DNA of 61,023 nt from Bacteroidaceae bacterium (GTDB lineage: Bacteria > Bacillota > Clostridia > TANB77 > CAG-508), in assembly GCA_963621875.1 (NCBI GenBank), contig CAVFFR010000004.1:1-61023 (forward strand), in the 5' to 3' direction. Of this stretch, positions 31,948 to 40,884 are shown one piece after another. Numbering within the stretch: position 1 is the first letter of the stretch; each line of letters starts with the position of its first letter. Both the position numbers and the translations under genes were made by a program. The notes beneath the pieces were generated by a model. It made no database searches. It was not told where the DNA came from and saw only the letters and a list, made by a program, of their open reading frames with translations.

Positions 31948-33820
31948 TTTTAATTTCCTTTACAATTTTCTCTGAAATACTTTTTACGCTTAAATGGTTT
32001 ATTTCTTCAAGTTCTTCAACTGTCCCGTGTTGCACAAATTCATCATTATATGCAAAGCCTTGCAATTTCACATCTTTAATATTCGCAGTAAGTTCTGCTA
32101 TGCTTGTATATAGTCCTCCATTTATGCTTCCATCCTCTAGGGTATAAACATTTTTATTTTTCTGTATTGATTTTAATATGTTTTGTTTGTCTAATGGTTT
32201 TAAAAATCTAACATTAATAATCTCTGCATCTATTTTCTTCTTTGTAAGTTCATTTGAAATTTCTACTGCTTTAGAAACCATTTTTCCTATTGCAAGGATA
32301 GTTAAATCTTTTCCTTGTTTTATTATTTCACATTTTCTCTCTTCTATTTTTTGAATTTGATTTTCTTCTTTTTTAAATTCAATATTTGACTGTCCTCCTC
32401 TTGGATATCTTATTGCAACGGGAGTTGTCATTTTGTTTACAGCTATTTCTAGCATATCTTCTAATTCATCAAAGTCTTTTGGTGCCATTATTGTTATGTT
32501 TGGAATGAGTTTTAAAAACGCCATATCTAACATTCCGTGGTGTGTTTCGCCGTCAGGGCCCACTACTCCTGCTCTATCAACACACATAACAATGTGTAAA
32601 TTTTGCATACAAATGTCATGAATTATTTGATCATAGGCTCTCTGCAAGAAAGATGAATATATTGCAACCACTGGTGTTATTCCTTCCATTGCCATTCCTG
32701 CTGCCATTGTTAGTGCGTGTTGTTCTGCAATTTCTACATCAAAAAAGCGCTCTGGATACTTTTCTTTAAACTTAGTAAGTCCTGTTCCAGCTGTCATTGC
32801 CGCTGTTATTGCAACTATGCTTTTGTTATCTTTTGCAAGTTTTACTAGCTTTTCTCCAAATACTTTAGCATAATCTGTTTTTTTTGATTTTAATGCTTTG
32901 CCAGTTTTTATGTCAAAGCTTGAAATGTTATGGTATTTATCTGGATTTTCTTCAGCATATTTATATCCTTTACCTTTAATAGTTTTGCAATGTATTAATA
33001 TTGGTCCTGTTAGATCCTTTGCTCTGGATAACATTGCTTCCAATTTTTCTATGTCGTTTCCATCAACTGGCCCAAGGTATTTAAATCCTAAATCCTCAAA
33101 CATCATATTAGGCAATACTAATTGTTTTATGCTATATTTCACTCTTCTTACAAATTTTATAATTGAGTTTCCCACTCTAGGAATCTTACCTACGGCATTT
33201 TTTATTTTTCTATTAGAGTTTGTATAGAATTTTTTTGTTCTCATTTTCGATAAAGCCATAGCCAAACCGCCAGTATTCTTTTCTATACTCATCTCATTAT
33301 CATTTAATATTACTATAATATTTGTATTACTTACTCCTGCGTCGTTTAGAGCTTCTAACGCCATTCCACCAGTCAAAGCTCCATCTCCTATTACTGCAAT
33401 AACTTTATAATTTTCATTTTTTATATCTCTTGCCCTTGCCATTCCCAACGCTGCCGAAATTGATGTGCTACTGTGTCCTGTATTAAAACAGTCATATTCA
33501 GATTCTGCCGTCTTTGGAAATCCCGCAATTCCATTTAATTTTCTTAATGTTGAAAATGTTTCTTTTCTGCCAGTTAATATTTTATGAGCATACACTTGAT
33601 GTCCCACATCCCAAACTATTTTATCATTTGGTGTATCAAAAATATCGTGCAGTGCAATTGTTAGCTCTACTACTCCTAAACTTGATGCTAGATGACCTCC
33701 TGTTTTAGAAACATTTTCTATTATAAAATCTCTAATTTCTTGAGCTAATTCTTCTTTTTCTTTTATATTTAACTTTTTCAAGTCTTTTGTGTTGTTAATT
33801 TGATCTAATATGCCATACAT
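31934..33820 (-). CDS. dxs: 1-deoxy-D-xylulose-5-phosphate synthase (canonical copy).
   Basis: The motifs GGHLASSLG, DVGHQVYAHKILTGR and the TPP motif GDGALTGGMALEALN are present. Confidence 0.95.
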   Translation of the reverse strand: MYGILDQINNTKDLKKLNIKEKEELAQEIRDFIIENVSKTGGHLASSLGVVELTIALHDIFDTPNDKIVWDVGHQVYAHKILTGRKETFSTLRKLNGIAGFPKTAESEYDCFNTGHSSTSISAALGMARARDIKNENYKVIAVIGDGALTGGMALEALNDAGVSNTNIIVILNDNEMSIEKNTGGLAMALSKMRTKKFYTNSNRKIKNAVGKIPRVGNSIIKFVRRVKYSIKQLVLPNMMFEDLGFKYLGPVDGNDIEKLEAMLSRAKDLTGPILIHCKTIKGKGYKYAEENPDKYHNISSFDIKTGKALKSKKTDYAKVFGEKLVKLAKDNKSIVAITAAMTAGTGLTKFKEKYPERFFDVEIAEQHALTMAAGMAMEGITPVVAIYSSFLQRAYDQIIHDICMQNLHIVMCVDRAGVVGPDGETHHGMLDMAFLKLIPNITIMAPKDFDELEDMLEIAVNKMTTPVAIRYPRGGQSNIEFKKEENQIQKIEERKCEIIKQGKDLTILAIGKMVSKAVEISNELTKKKIDAEIINVRFLKPLDKQNILKSIQKNKNVYTLEDGSINGGLYTSIAELTANIKDVKLQGFAYNDEFVQHGTVEELEEINHLSVKSISEKIVKEIKNAKK

Positions 33821-33930
33821 ACTTATAATCTCCTGTTGATTTTATTTATATATAATATCATATATAAAAATTTTTTTAAAGACTGGATTTTTATTTCTAT
33901 TTGTGTTATTATATATCTTGTACTAAATAT

Positions 33931-34005
33931 TGGGATGTCGCCAAGCGGTAAGGCCTCGGACTCTGACTCCGATATGCGTGTGTTCGAATCACACCATCCC
34001 AACCA
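33931..34005 (+). tRNA. tRNA-Gln (anticodon CTG).
   Basis: Hand-folded cloverleaf. The acceptor stem is TGGGATG/CATCCCA with the U1-A72 pair typical of bacterial tRNA-Gln. The anticodon stem is TCGGA/TCCGA with loop CTCTGAC, and the T arm is GTGTG-TTCGAAT-CACAC. CCA is encoded. Confidence 0.92.
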
Positions 34006-34020
34006 AATTTTCCAAAAAAA

Positions 34021-34052
34021 ATGAGAATGTGATTTTTGCATTCTCATTTTTT
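34021..34052 (+). terminator. Intrinsic terminator after tRNA-Gln.
   Basis: ATGAGAATG pairs with CATTCTCAT and is followed by TTTTTT. Confidence 0.75.
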
Positions 34053-34062
34053 ATGCAAATGT

Positions 34063-34096
34063 AAATTCCAGTAGTTAATTATAACTACTGGAATTT
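34063..34096. terminator. Perfect 15-bp stem-loop (AAATTCCAGTAGTTA / TAACTACTGGAATTT) downstream of the 34106-34474 CDS.
   Basis: Read directly from the sequence. Confidence 0.6.
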
Positions 34097-34105
34097 GGAG
34101 ATGTG

Positions 34106-34474
34106 TTACATAATTTCCTCATTGTTACTCTCAACAACAATATTTTTTGTCCTGTTTTTCCTATATGCTATACTCAGTAGAACAAGAATGCAGATTGTCG
34201 AGATTAATAATAAGATTCCCCAAGTAGGCTGAATTGTTTTTCCAAGACTAGAGCCAAACACTACGCTCAATACAAAGATATTGATTGTGTGTGTGGTCAA
34301 GTTGTCAATGATTTCCAGTATCAGTACCAGAATCAGCCATCCTGCTATCCACTGACTGAACTGCGGAGTACCAGATTCAAAATAGCCAAGCATACAACTG
34401 ACATTTGCTCCAATAAGCAGTCCAATTACCAAAAGTGATATTTTAGTGGTAGGGTTCATTTTCCGTTTTTGCAT
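34106..34474 (-). CDS. Small integral membrane protein (122 aa, about 4 TM).
   Basis: Hydrophobic ORF that is visibly more GC-rich than its neighbours. Confidence 0.6.
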   Translation of the reverse strand: MQKRKMNPTTKISLLVIGLLIGANVSCMLGYFESGTPQFSQWIAGWLILVLILEIIDNLTTHTINIFVLSVVFGSSLGKTIQPTWGILLLISTICILVLLSIAYRKNRTKNIVVESNNEEIM

Positions 34475-34602
34475 TTTTTTATCTCTCCTAGTGTGTATTT
34501 TCCAACTTTCGCTGGTTATACTTATATTATACTACATTTTACAAATTATGTAAAGTTTTATAATTTTATGCCTAATTTATTGTGGATTTTAGCCTTAATC
34601 TA

Positions 34603-34632
34603 TTGACATTACTAAGATTTGTAGCATATAAT
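34603..34632 (+). promoter_or_regulatory. Sigma-A consensus promoter for sigH.
   Basis: TTGACA (34603-34608), an 18-nt spacer and TATAAT (34627-34632), about 40 nt upstream of the sigH start. Confidence 0.7.
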
Positions 34633-34671
34633 ACAAATTAATAAAGGCATTTTTAGGAGGGACTTACTTTT

Positions 34672-35304
34672 ATGAACTACAACTTGGACTATAATAATAT
34701 GTCTGATGAAGAATTACTTGATTCAATACGAGCTGATGACAAACATGCCCTTGAGTTTTTAATTTGTAAATATAAAGATTTGGTTAATTCTAAGGTTAAC
34801 AAATATTTTATTATTGGTGCTGAAAAAGAAGATATAATTCAAGAAGGTTTAATTGGCTTATATAAAGCAATAAAGGACTACAAAGGTGATAAACAAAATT
34901 CCTTTAAATCTTTTGCCAATTTATGTATTGAGCGTCAATTAATAACTGCTATAAAATCTTCTAATAGACAAAAACATATTCCACTTAATTCTTATTTATC
35001 TTTAAACATGCCAGCTTATGAGGATACTGATGGCAATAATGATACTGAAGTTATGGAAATTTTAGATGCAAATATTATAGAAGATCCATTAGACACTATC
35101 ACTAAAAAAGAATATATTTCTAATGTAGAAAATGTTATTGATTCCTCTCTTAGTGACTTTGAAAAAAAGGTCCTTAATAGATATATTCAAGGTGAGTCGT
35201 ATGTTAAAATTGCCGAGAAATTAGATGCTCCAGTAAAATCTGTTGATAACGCCATACAACGTATTAGAAAGAAAACTGCTAAAAATTTAAATAATATAAT
35301 TTAA
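34672..35304 (+). CDS. sigH: RNA polymerase sporulation sigma factor SigH.
   Basis: 210 aa with sigma-70 regions 2 and 4. The N-terminal sequence is characteristic of SigH. GGAGGG lies 9 nt upstream. Confidence 0.88.
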   Translation: MNYNLDYNNMSDEELLDSIRADDKHALEFLICKYKDLVNSKVNKYFIIGAEKEDIIQEGLIGLYKAIKDYKGDKQNSFKSFANLCIERQLITAIKSSNRQKHIPLNSYLSLNMPAYEDTDGNNDTEVMEILDANIIEDPLDTITKKEYISNVENVIDSSLSDFEKKVLNRYIQGESYVKIAEKLDAPVKSVDNAIQRIRKKTAKNLNNII

Positions 35305-35308
35305 AAAT

Positions 35309-35334
35309 AAGTGTCAGCTTGTACTGGCACTTTA
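35309..35334 (+). terminator. Weak stem-loop after sigH.
   Basis: AAGTGTCAG pairs with CTGGCACTT, followed by TATATT. Confidence 0.4.
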
Positions 35335-35403
35335 TATTGTAAAAAATGCTTGATATTGTCTTTTAATTATGTTAAAATAATTTATATGCTAATATTAATT
35401 TTT

Positions 35404-35479
35404 GCTACCATAGCTCAGTAGGTAGAGCGCAGCCTTGGTAAGGCTGAGGTCACCAGTTCAATTCTGGTTGGTAGCTCCA
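35404..35479 (+). tRNA. tRNA-Thr (anticodon GGT).
   Basis: Hand-folded. The acceptor stem is GCTACCA/TGGTAGC, the anticodon stem is CAGCC/GGCTG with loop TTGGTAA, and the T arm is ACCAG-TTCAATT-CTGGT. CCA is encoded. Confidence 0.93.
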
Positions 35480-35488
35480 TTTTTGTAT

Positions 35489-35562
<74 letters not shown>

Positions 35563-35603
35563 ACGACGTTTTTGTTCGAACTAATAGAACAGATTGATAC
35601 AAA

Positions 35604-35631
35604 AATCATTCATAAAATGGATGATTTTTTT
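35604..35631 (+). terminator. Intrinsic terminator after the tRNA-Thr/tRNA-Gly pair.
   Basis: AATCATTCAT pairs with ATGGATGATT (one G-U pair) and is followed by TTTTTT. Confidence 0.7.
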
Positions 35632-35633
35632 GT

Positions 35634-36546
35634 TTGCCCCAAAATATCATCCCAGAAAGGATGGTGCCTGTAATGAAGATAATTAAACATGAAATACAAT
35701 TTGAAGAAAGTTTAAAACAAAGACTTGAATTTATATGTGAGTTTTCTAAAGTAACCCCTACTTTTGTTAATGGCAGTATTAGAAAGTTAGATAAAACTAA
35801 TCTCTCATATAATAGTAGATGGTACAGGATTAGCAACGAGTAGAAAAAAATATAATGAAAATTGTTTAGCAAAAAATAAAACAGATAAAAACGGAAAAGA
35901 ATACAAAGAATATAGTACATATGTATTAGAAGCAAAATTAGTAGTAGGAGAAATGGTATTTAGTATAGGAAGTGAATTTGTAGAAAATGTAAAAGAGAAT
36001 GAAACAAAACAAGATTGTGAAACAAAAGCATTTAAGAGATTAGCAAAAAAAATAAAAAATGAATATCCGAAATTAAAAATCTTAATATCAGGTGATGCTC
36101 TGTATGCAAATAAACCAGTATTAGATATATGTAAAGAAAATGGATGGAAATATATAATAAGATTTAAAGAAGGAGCAATACCAAGTTTATATAATGAATT
36201 TGAAACGGTAGTTGCAAAAGCAAATGAAAGCACAATAAAAGATTATGAGTATGTAACAGGATTAGACTATCAAGAGGAAAAAGTAAATATAATAAAATAT
36301 ACAAATAAGAAAAGAGGAACAGAATTTGTATATATAACAGATTTAACAATAACAAATAAAAATATAAAAGTCACAATAGAACTAGGAAGAAGAAGATGGA
36401 AAATTGAAAATGAAGGATTTAACATACAAAAAAATAGAACATTCGATATAGGTCATTTATATAGTAAAAATCAAGTAGCAATAAAAGTACATTATCTCAT
36501 GATACAAATTGCTCATATACTTAGACAATTATTAGAAAAAGGATAA
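35634..36546 (+). pseudogene. IS4-like DDE transposase, N-terminally truncated and frameshifted.
   Basis: The catalytic triad context is recognisable: VDGTG (35815-), ISGDALYA, and RRRWKIENEGFNIQKN, which matches the Y-R-E-K type motif. The frame changes near 35790-35815 between the 35634-35843 ORF and the ORF ending at 36546. Confidence 0.65.
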
Positions 36547-36630
36547 ATTACCAATAATTACCAGTAAATACTAAAAAAGTTATATACGAAATAAAATTTA
36601 CTCTTTTTTACTGAAAAAACATTGAAATTA

Positions 36631-36659
36631 TTGACTTTTCTTAATTATCTGTGTATAAT
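36631..36659 (+). promoter_or_regulatory. Near-consensus sigma-A promoter of the candidate antitoxin sRNA.
   Basis: TTGACT (36631-36636), a 17-nt spacer and TATAAT (36654-36659). Confidence 0.65.
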
Positions 36660-36666
36660 AAATATA

Positions 36667-36760
36667 GGAAATGAATAACCGCAGTGAATGCGGTTACCAC
36701 TACATAAAAGTATAACAACACATTCGCAATATTGGCATAGTGGAATGTGTTGTTATTTTT
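36667..36760 (+). ncRNA. Candidate antisense (antitoxin-like) sRNA of about 94 nt.
   Basis: It runs from the predicted TSS after the promoter above, through hairpin AACCGCA..TGCGGTT (36677-36696), to a terminator with a 12-bp stem (36714-36725 with 36743-36754) plus ATTTTTATT. It overlaps the stop codon and 3' UTR of the convergent small ORF. Confidence 0.5.
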
Positions 36761-36872
36761 ATTCCTTATCTATAATTGAATTTACATATTTTATGTATAT
36801 AATCGTCAATAAGGCTACGTTTATTGTTGCTGATACCATTAAGGCATATATTAAAAAAAGTATAAAACTCAT
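36759..36872 (-). CDS. 37-aa hydrophobic peptide, type I toxin-like (MSFILFLIYALMVSATINVALLTIIYIKYVNSIIDKE).
   Basis: Translated by hand because it is below the ORF-track size cutoff. It has a strong RBS (GAGGTGGTG) just upstream of the ATG, one predicted TM helix, a charged C-terminus and a hairpin terminator downstream. Confidence 0.55.
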   Translation of the reverse strand: MSFILFLIYALMVSATINVALLTIIYIKYVNSIIDKE

Positions 36873-36958
36873 AAACACCACCTCACTTTCTGATAACAAA
36901 AGTTATCGAGTGCAGTGGCAACACATATCTACTACTATGTTCATTTCCTATGCTAGCT

Positions 36959-36987
36959 AGTATAACATACCATTTACAATAAATCAA
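36959..36987 (-). promoter_or_regulatory. Extended -10 sigma-A-type promoter for the small-peptide mRNA.
   Basis: On the minus strand: TTGATT (36987-36982), a 17-nt spacer ending in TGT, and TATACT (36964-36959). This gives a 5' UTR of about 80 nt. Confidence 0.5.
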
Positions 36988-37294
36988 TACAAAAAGAACA
37001 AAAATTCGTAGATGTTTTTTTCAAATATAAAAATACAGCAGAAGAAATTGTTTTGAATGAATATGTTTTTATATAAATAATCTTCAAAAAAGAGGAAAAA
37101 CTATCAAAACAATTTAATTCCCTTTTTATATATTTTTAAATTTGGGAGTAAAACTTGTGTCTAGCAAGCAATGAATTTATACTCCCGCACAAATTCCTAT
37201 GTGGGAAAATCCCAAACTCCTTAATGGAAATAAAATATTAATTTACAAATAATTTTAATTGTAAATTGTAATTTTTCGAGATGATTGTAGCATA

Positions 37295-37329
37295 AAAGAC
37301 AGATTATTTTTAATAAATTATCTGCCTTT
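37295..37329 (-). terminator. Terminator downstream of the flavodoxin gene.
   Basis: An imperfect 14-bp stem is followed by a U-run on the minus strand. Confidence 0.55.
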
Positions 37330-37345
37330 ATTTTTAATAATTCTG

Positions 37346-37837
37346 TTATAATATACTAATCCAATTATCAATATCTTGTTCTTTTGTAATAAGCTTATCA
37401 CTATAACTTTCAAAAACAATATTCATACCTTTTTCTACTTTTGAATTTGGGCATAATGTTTTTATTTCTTTAAAAGTATTTCCTAGCCAACCTGCATTTG
37501 TTGCAAAAGGTTTTATTATTTTTCCTGATAAATCGTTTTGAGTTAAAAATGTTCTTATTGCAGGGGCTGGTCTATACCACCATACTGGAGTTCCTATAAT
37601 AATTTCATCATATTGATTTAAGTCTTTATCTATTTTTTGTATTTCTGGCACTTTATTTACACTACTATTATTTTGTTCTTCATCAACAACAGTTTGATAA
37701 TCTGTTGAGTATGGTTTTACTGGTTTTATTTCTAAGATATCACAGTTTAATTGTTTTTGTATACTTTCTGCTATCATTTTTGTATGACCTGTGTATGAAA
37801 AATACACAACTAATTTTTTACTATTTTCCATTTTCAT
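37346..37837 (-). CDS. Flavodoxin-like protein.
   Basis: 163 aa. It has an N-terminal VVYFSYTGHTK FMN-binding loop and GTPVWWY. Confidence 0.8.
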   Translation of the reverse strand: MKMENSKKLVVYFSYTGHTKMIAESIQKQLNCDILEIKPVKPYSTDYQTVVDEEQNNSSVNKVPEIQKIDKDLNQYDEIIIGTPVWWYRPAPAIRTFLTQNDLSGKIIKPFATNAGWLGNTFKEIKTLCPNSKVEKGMNIVFESYSDKLITKEQDIDNWISIL

Positions 37838-37851
37838 CTTCCTCTCTTGTT

Positions 37852-39612
37852 TTAAAGCATTTTTTCTACATCTTCTGTGATTTGTTCTTTTGTAATTCTG
37901 TTTGCTTTTAATAATTCATTTACATCATATCTATCATAAAATGCTTTTTCAATTCCATAATTTTTAACTTTGATATCACTATCTCCGTAGAAGCTTGCTA
38001 TTTTTTCTCCAAATCCTCCTTGTAATATTCCATCTTCAAGTGTTATTACAATATCATGATTTGCTTTTAATTCTTCTAATAATTCTTTGTCTAATCCTGT
38101 TATATATCTTGGATTAATTAATGTTGCATTTATATTTAATTTTTCTTTTAATTCTTTTGAAACTTCTTCTCCTAATTGATAGAAATCTCCTAATGCTATT
38201 ATTGCAACTTTTTCACCATTTTCTTCTACTTTAAATTTGTTTATATTGCTGTAATCTGTGTCAACTTTTCTTTCATCTACTATTACTCCATTAGCGGGTA
38301 TACGAATTGCAACTGGATGTTCTGTTTGTTCTATTGACCAATCTAACATTGCGAAATATTCTTCTTTTGATGTTGGTGCTAAATATATAATATTGGGAAT
38401 GTTAGAAGTCATTGGAATATCATATATTCCTAAGTGTGTAACATCATTCATTCCATATGCAGATGCTCCATTTACTAAAATTGTTGCTGGATTGTTATTG
38501 ATACATAAATCTTGTGATATTTGGTCATAAGTTCTTTGTATAAAGCTTGAATAGGTTGCAAATATTGGTTTTCCACCGTTTTTAGCTATTCCTGATGCTA
38601 AAGCTACTGCATGTTCTTCTGCAATTCCAACATCTACAAATTGTTTACCAGCTTTAATTCTTCTGTCTTTTGTGAATCCAATATTTGTTGGAACTCCTGC
38701 TACTATAGCTACAACTTTTGGGTCTTTTTTCATCTTTTCTAATAGATATTTTCCTGTTAAATCTCCATAGTCTTCTCCATTAAAGGTAAATTTTGATTTA
38801 CCTGTTTCAATATCAAATGGCATTGTCCAGTGCCAATTTTCTTTGTTTTCTTCTGCTAATTTGTAACCTTTTCCTTTTTTTGTATTAATATGAACAACTA
38901 TTGGATGTTCTATATCTTTTACTTTTGATAATGTTTTTATTAATTCATCTAGATTGTTTCCTTCTTTTACATAAACATAATCAAGTCCCATTGCTTTAAA
39001 TAAGTTACATTCACAAGTTCCATTTGTTTCTCTTAATTGTTTTAAGTTTTTGTATAATCCTCCATGATTTTCTGCAATTGACATATCATTATCATTTACT
39101 ATTATAATAAAATTGCTTTTTTGTTCTCCAGCAAAATCTAATCCTTCTAATGCTTCTCCGCCACTTAATGAGCCATCACCTATTACTGCTACAACATTGT
39201 AGTTTTCTCCTTTTAAGTCCCTTGCTTTTACTAAACCCGAAGCAAGGCTTATTGATGTTGATGTATGTCCTACATTAAATAAATCGTGTTCACTTTCATT
39301 TGGATTTGTGTAACCTGTTACATCATCATATTTTTCTTCATATATAAACGCATCTTTTCTTCCTGTTAAAATTTTGTGAGGATAGCTTTGGTGTGATACG
39401 TCAAATACAAATTTGTCTTTTGGTGATTCAAACACATAGTGCATTGCAATTATTGCTTCTACCATTCCAAAGTTTGGTCCAAAATGTCCTCCATGTATAC
39501 TTAATTTTTTTAATAAGATTTCTCTTATTTCTTTTGATAATTTTTCTAATTCTTCCTTTGATAAAACTTTCAAATCTTTTGGCTCATTAATTTTATTTAA
39601 AACTTCTAACAT
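37852..39612 (-). CDS. Divergent DXP-synthase-like, transketolase-family, TPP-dependent enzyme (second dxs-like copy).
   Basis: 586 aa, colinear with Dxs. It has the TPP motif GDGSLSGGEALEGLDFAG, but reads GGHFGPNFG and DVSHQSYPHKILTGR where the canonical copy has GGHLASSLG and DVGHQVYAHKILTGR. Confidence 0.75.
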   Translation of the reverse strand: MLEVLNKINEPKDLKVLSKEELEKLSKEIREILLKKLSIHGGHFGPNFGMVEAIIAMHYVFESPKDKFVFDVSHQSYPHKILTGRKDAFIYEEKYDDVTGYTNPNESEHDLFNVGHTSTSISLASGLVKARDLKGENYNVVAVIGDGSLSGGEALEGLDFAGEQKSNFIIIVNDNDMSIAENHGGLYKNLKQLRETNGTCECNLFKAMGLDYVYVKEGNNLDELIKTLSKVKDIEHPIVVHINTKKGKGYKLAEENKENWHWTMPFDIETGKSKFTFNGEDYGDLTGKYLLEKMKKDPKVVAIVAGVPTNIGFTKDRRIKAGKQFVDVGIAEEHAVALASGIAKNGGKPIFATYSSFIQRTYDQISQDLCINNNPATILVNGASAYGMNDVTHLGIYDIPMTSNIPNIIYLAPTSKEEYFAMLDWSIEQTEHPVAIRIPANGVIVDERKVDTDYSNINKFKVEENGEKVAIIALGDFYQLGEEVSKELKEKLNINATLINPRYITGLDKELLEELKANHDIVITLEDGILQGGFGEKIASFYGDSDIKVKNYGIEKAFYDRYDVNELLKANRITKEQITEDVEKML

Positions 39613-39631
39613 TATAAATCCTCCTTATTAT

Positions 39632-40015
39632 TTATATCTGTTCTGTAAAATCTTTTCTTTTTCCTGCTTCTATCTCTTCATAAAGTTCTATTTTATAATC
39701 TAATCTTTTTAATGTTTCTGTAATATCTTTTTGTTTTTCTAGTAACTTTTCTCTTTGCTCTTCTAATAATTCTTTTCTAGCTCTTACTGTACTTTTACCT
39801 TTATCAAATAATGTCATATATTCTATTAAAACTTCAATTTCAACACCTGCTCCTCTCATACATTTTATAAATTCTATTCTTCTGCAAGTTTTGTCATCAT
39901 AGTTTCTAATTCCATTATTGTTTCTTGGTACATTTGAAAGTAAACCAATTCTTTCGTAATATCTTAATGTATCTGGTGTTAAATCATATTTCTTTCCTAC
40001 TTCTGCTATTGTCAT
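39632..40015 (-). CDS. MerR-family transcriptional regulator.
   Basis: An N-terminal wHTH (TIAEVGKKYDLTPDTLRYYERIGLL) is followed by a coiled-coil dimerisation helix. Confidence 0.88.
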   Translation of the reverse strand: MTIAEVGKKYDLTPDTLRYYERIGLLSNVPRNNNGIRNYDDKTCRRIEFIKCMRGAGVEIEVLIEYMTLFDKGKSTVRARKELLEEQREKLLEKQKDITETLKRLDYKIELYEEIEAGKRKDFTEQI

Positions 40016-40038
40016 TTTTTACCTCCATCTGTTACAAT

Positions 40039-40779
40039 TTATAACTTATTATACTCATCATCTGTAACTTGTTCACACCACTCAGTTGATGTATTTTCTC
40101 CTGGCACTTCTATTGCTAAATGACTAAACCAACCGTCTTTTTTTGCACCATGCCAATGTTTCACATTTGCAGGAATTGTTATAACATCTCCCACTTTTAA
40201 ACTCTGCGTTTCTTTTCCTTCTTCTTGATACCATCCTTCTCCATCAACACAAATTAAAATCTGTCCTCCTCCATTGTCTGCATGATGAATATGCCAGTTA
40301 TTTCTACACTTTGGCTCAAATGTTACATTCGCAATAAACACCTTTGTTTTATTTGGATCTGTTAATGGTTTCAAATATGAATTGCCTATAAAATATTGTG
40401 CAAAATTCACATTTGGCTCTCCAATCCCAAATACTCCACCATGTTTCTTTGTTTCTTCATTTTCTGTTCCATATACTTCTTCTATTAGTGGAAAAGCATT
40501 CCATGCTTTTGCCCAACCACTATAAAATGCTAATTGTGTTACAATCTCTACTGCCTCTTGCTTAGTAATTCCATGTTTTTTTCCCATAATAAAATGTGAT
40601 TTTAATTGTGGAAATAAACCTTGTGTCATTAAAGCTGATATTGTAATCATGCTTCTATTTTTTAAAGATAATTCACTTTCTCTACTCCAAATTTCTCCAA
40701 ATAATATGTCATCATTTAATTCGGCAAATTTTGGAGCTAACTTCCCTAAATTATCTCTACCTGCTGTTTGTTTTTTCAT
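40039..40779 (-). CDS. Fusion of a carboxymuconolactone-decarboxylase (AhpD-like) domain and a cupin domain.
   Basis: There is an N-terminal CMD-like region and a C-terminal cupin motif (GDVITIPANVKHWHGA). Confidence 0.75.
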   Translation of the reverse strand: MKKQTAGRDNLGKLAPKFAELNDDILFGEIWSRESELSLKNRSMITISALMTQGLFPQLKSHFIMGKKHGITKQEAVEIVTQLAFYSGWAKAWNAFPLIEEVYGTENEETKKHGGVFGIGEPNVNFAQYFIGNSYLKPLTDPNKTKVFIANVTFEPKCRNNWHIHHADNGGGQILICVDGEGWYQEEGKETQSLKVGDVITIPANVKHWHGAKKDGWFSHLAIEVPGENTSTEWCEQVTDDEYNKL

Positions 40780-40813
40780 TTTTCATACCTCCTCGTAAAT
40801 TTTTTCTATGTAT

Positions 40814-40844
40814 TATATATCACTTCGAGTTAACTCCAAGTCAA
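40814..40844 (-). promoter_or_regulatory. MerR-type promoter/operator with a 19-bp spacer.
   Basis: On the minus strand: TTGACT (40844-40839), a 19-nt spacer containing the dyad CTTGGAGTTAACTCGAAG, and TATATA (40819-40814). It lies upstream of the CMD-cupin / merR / dxs-like / flavodoxin gene string. Confidence 0.65.
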
Positions 40845-40884
40845 GAGTTTTTTCAAAATTTTAATCTAAAAGTATGGATTTATG

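Noticed and set aside
33823-34047. The 74-aa minus-strand ORF and the 62-aa plus-strand ORF (33836-34024).
   Set aside because: Both overlap the well-folded tRNA-Gln and its terminator. Their translations are low in complexity and no RBS is present.
35606-36233. Minus-strand ORFs 35606-35935 and 35805-36233.
   Set aside because: They are antisense to the IS4-like transposase reading frame, which shows recognisable DDE motifs. Their translations are Leu/Phe/Ile-rich shadow frames.
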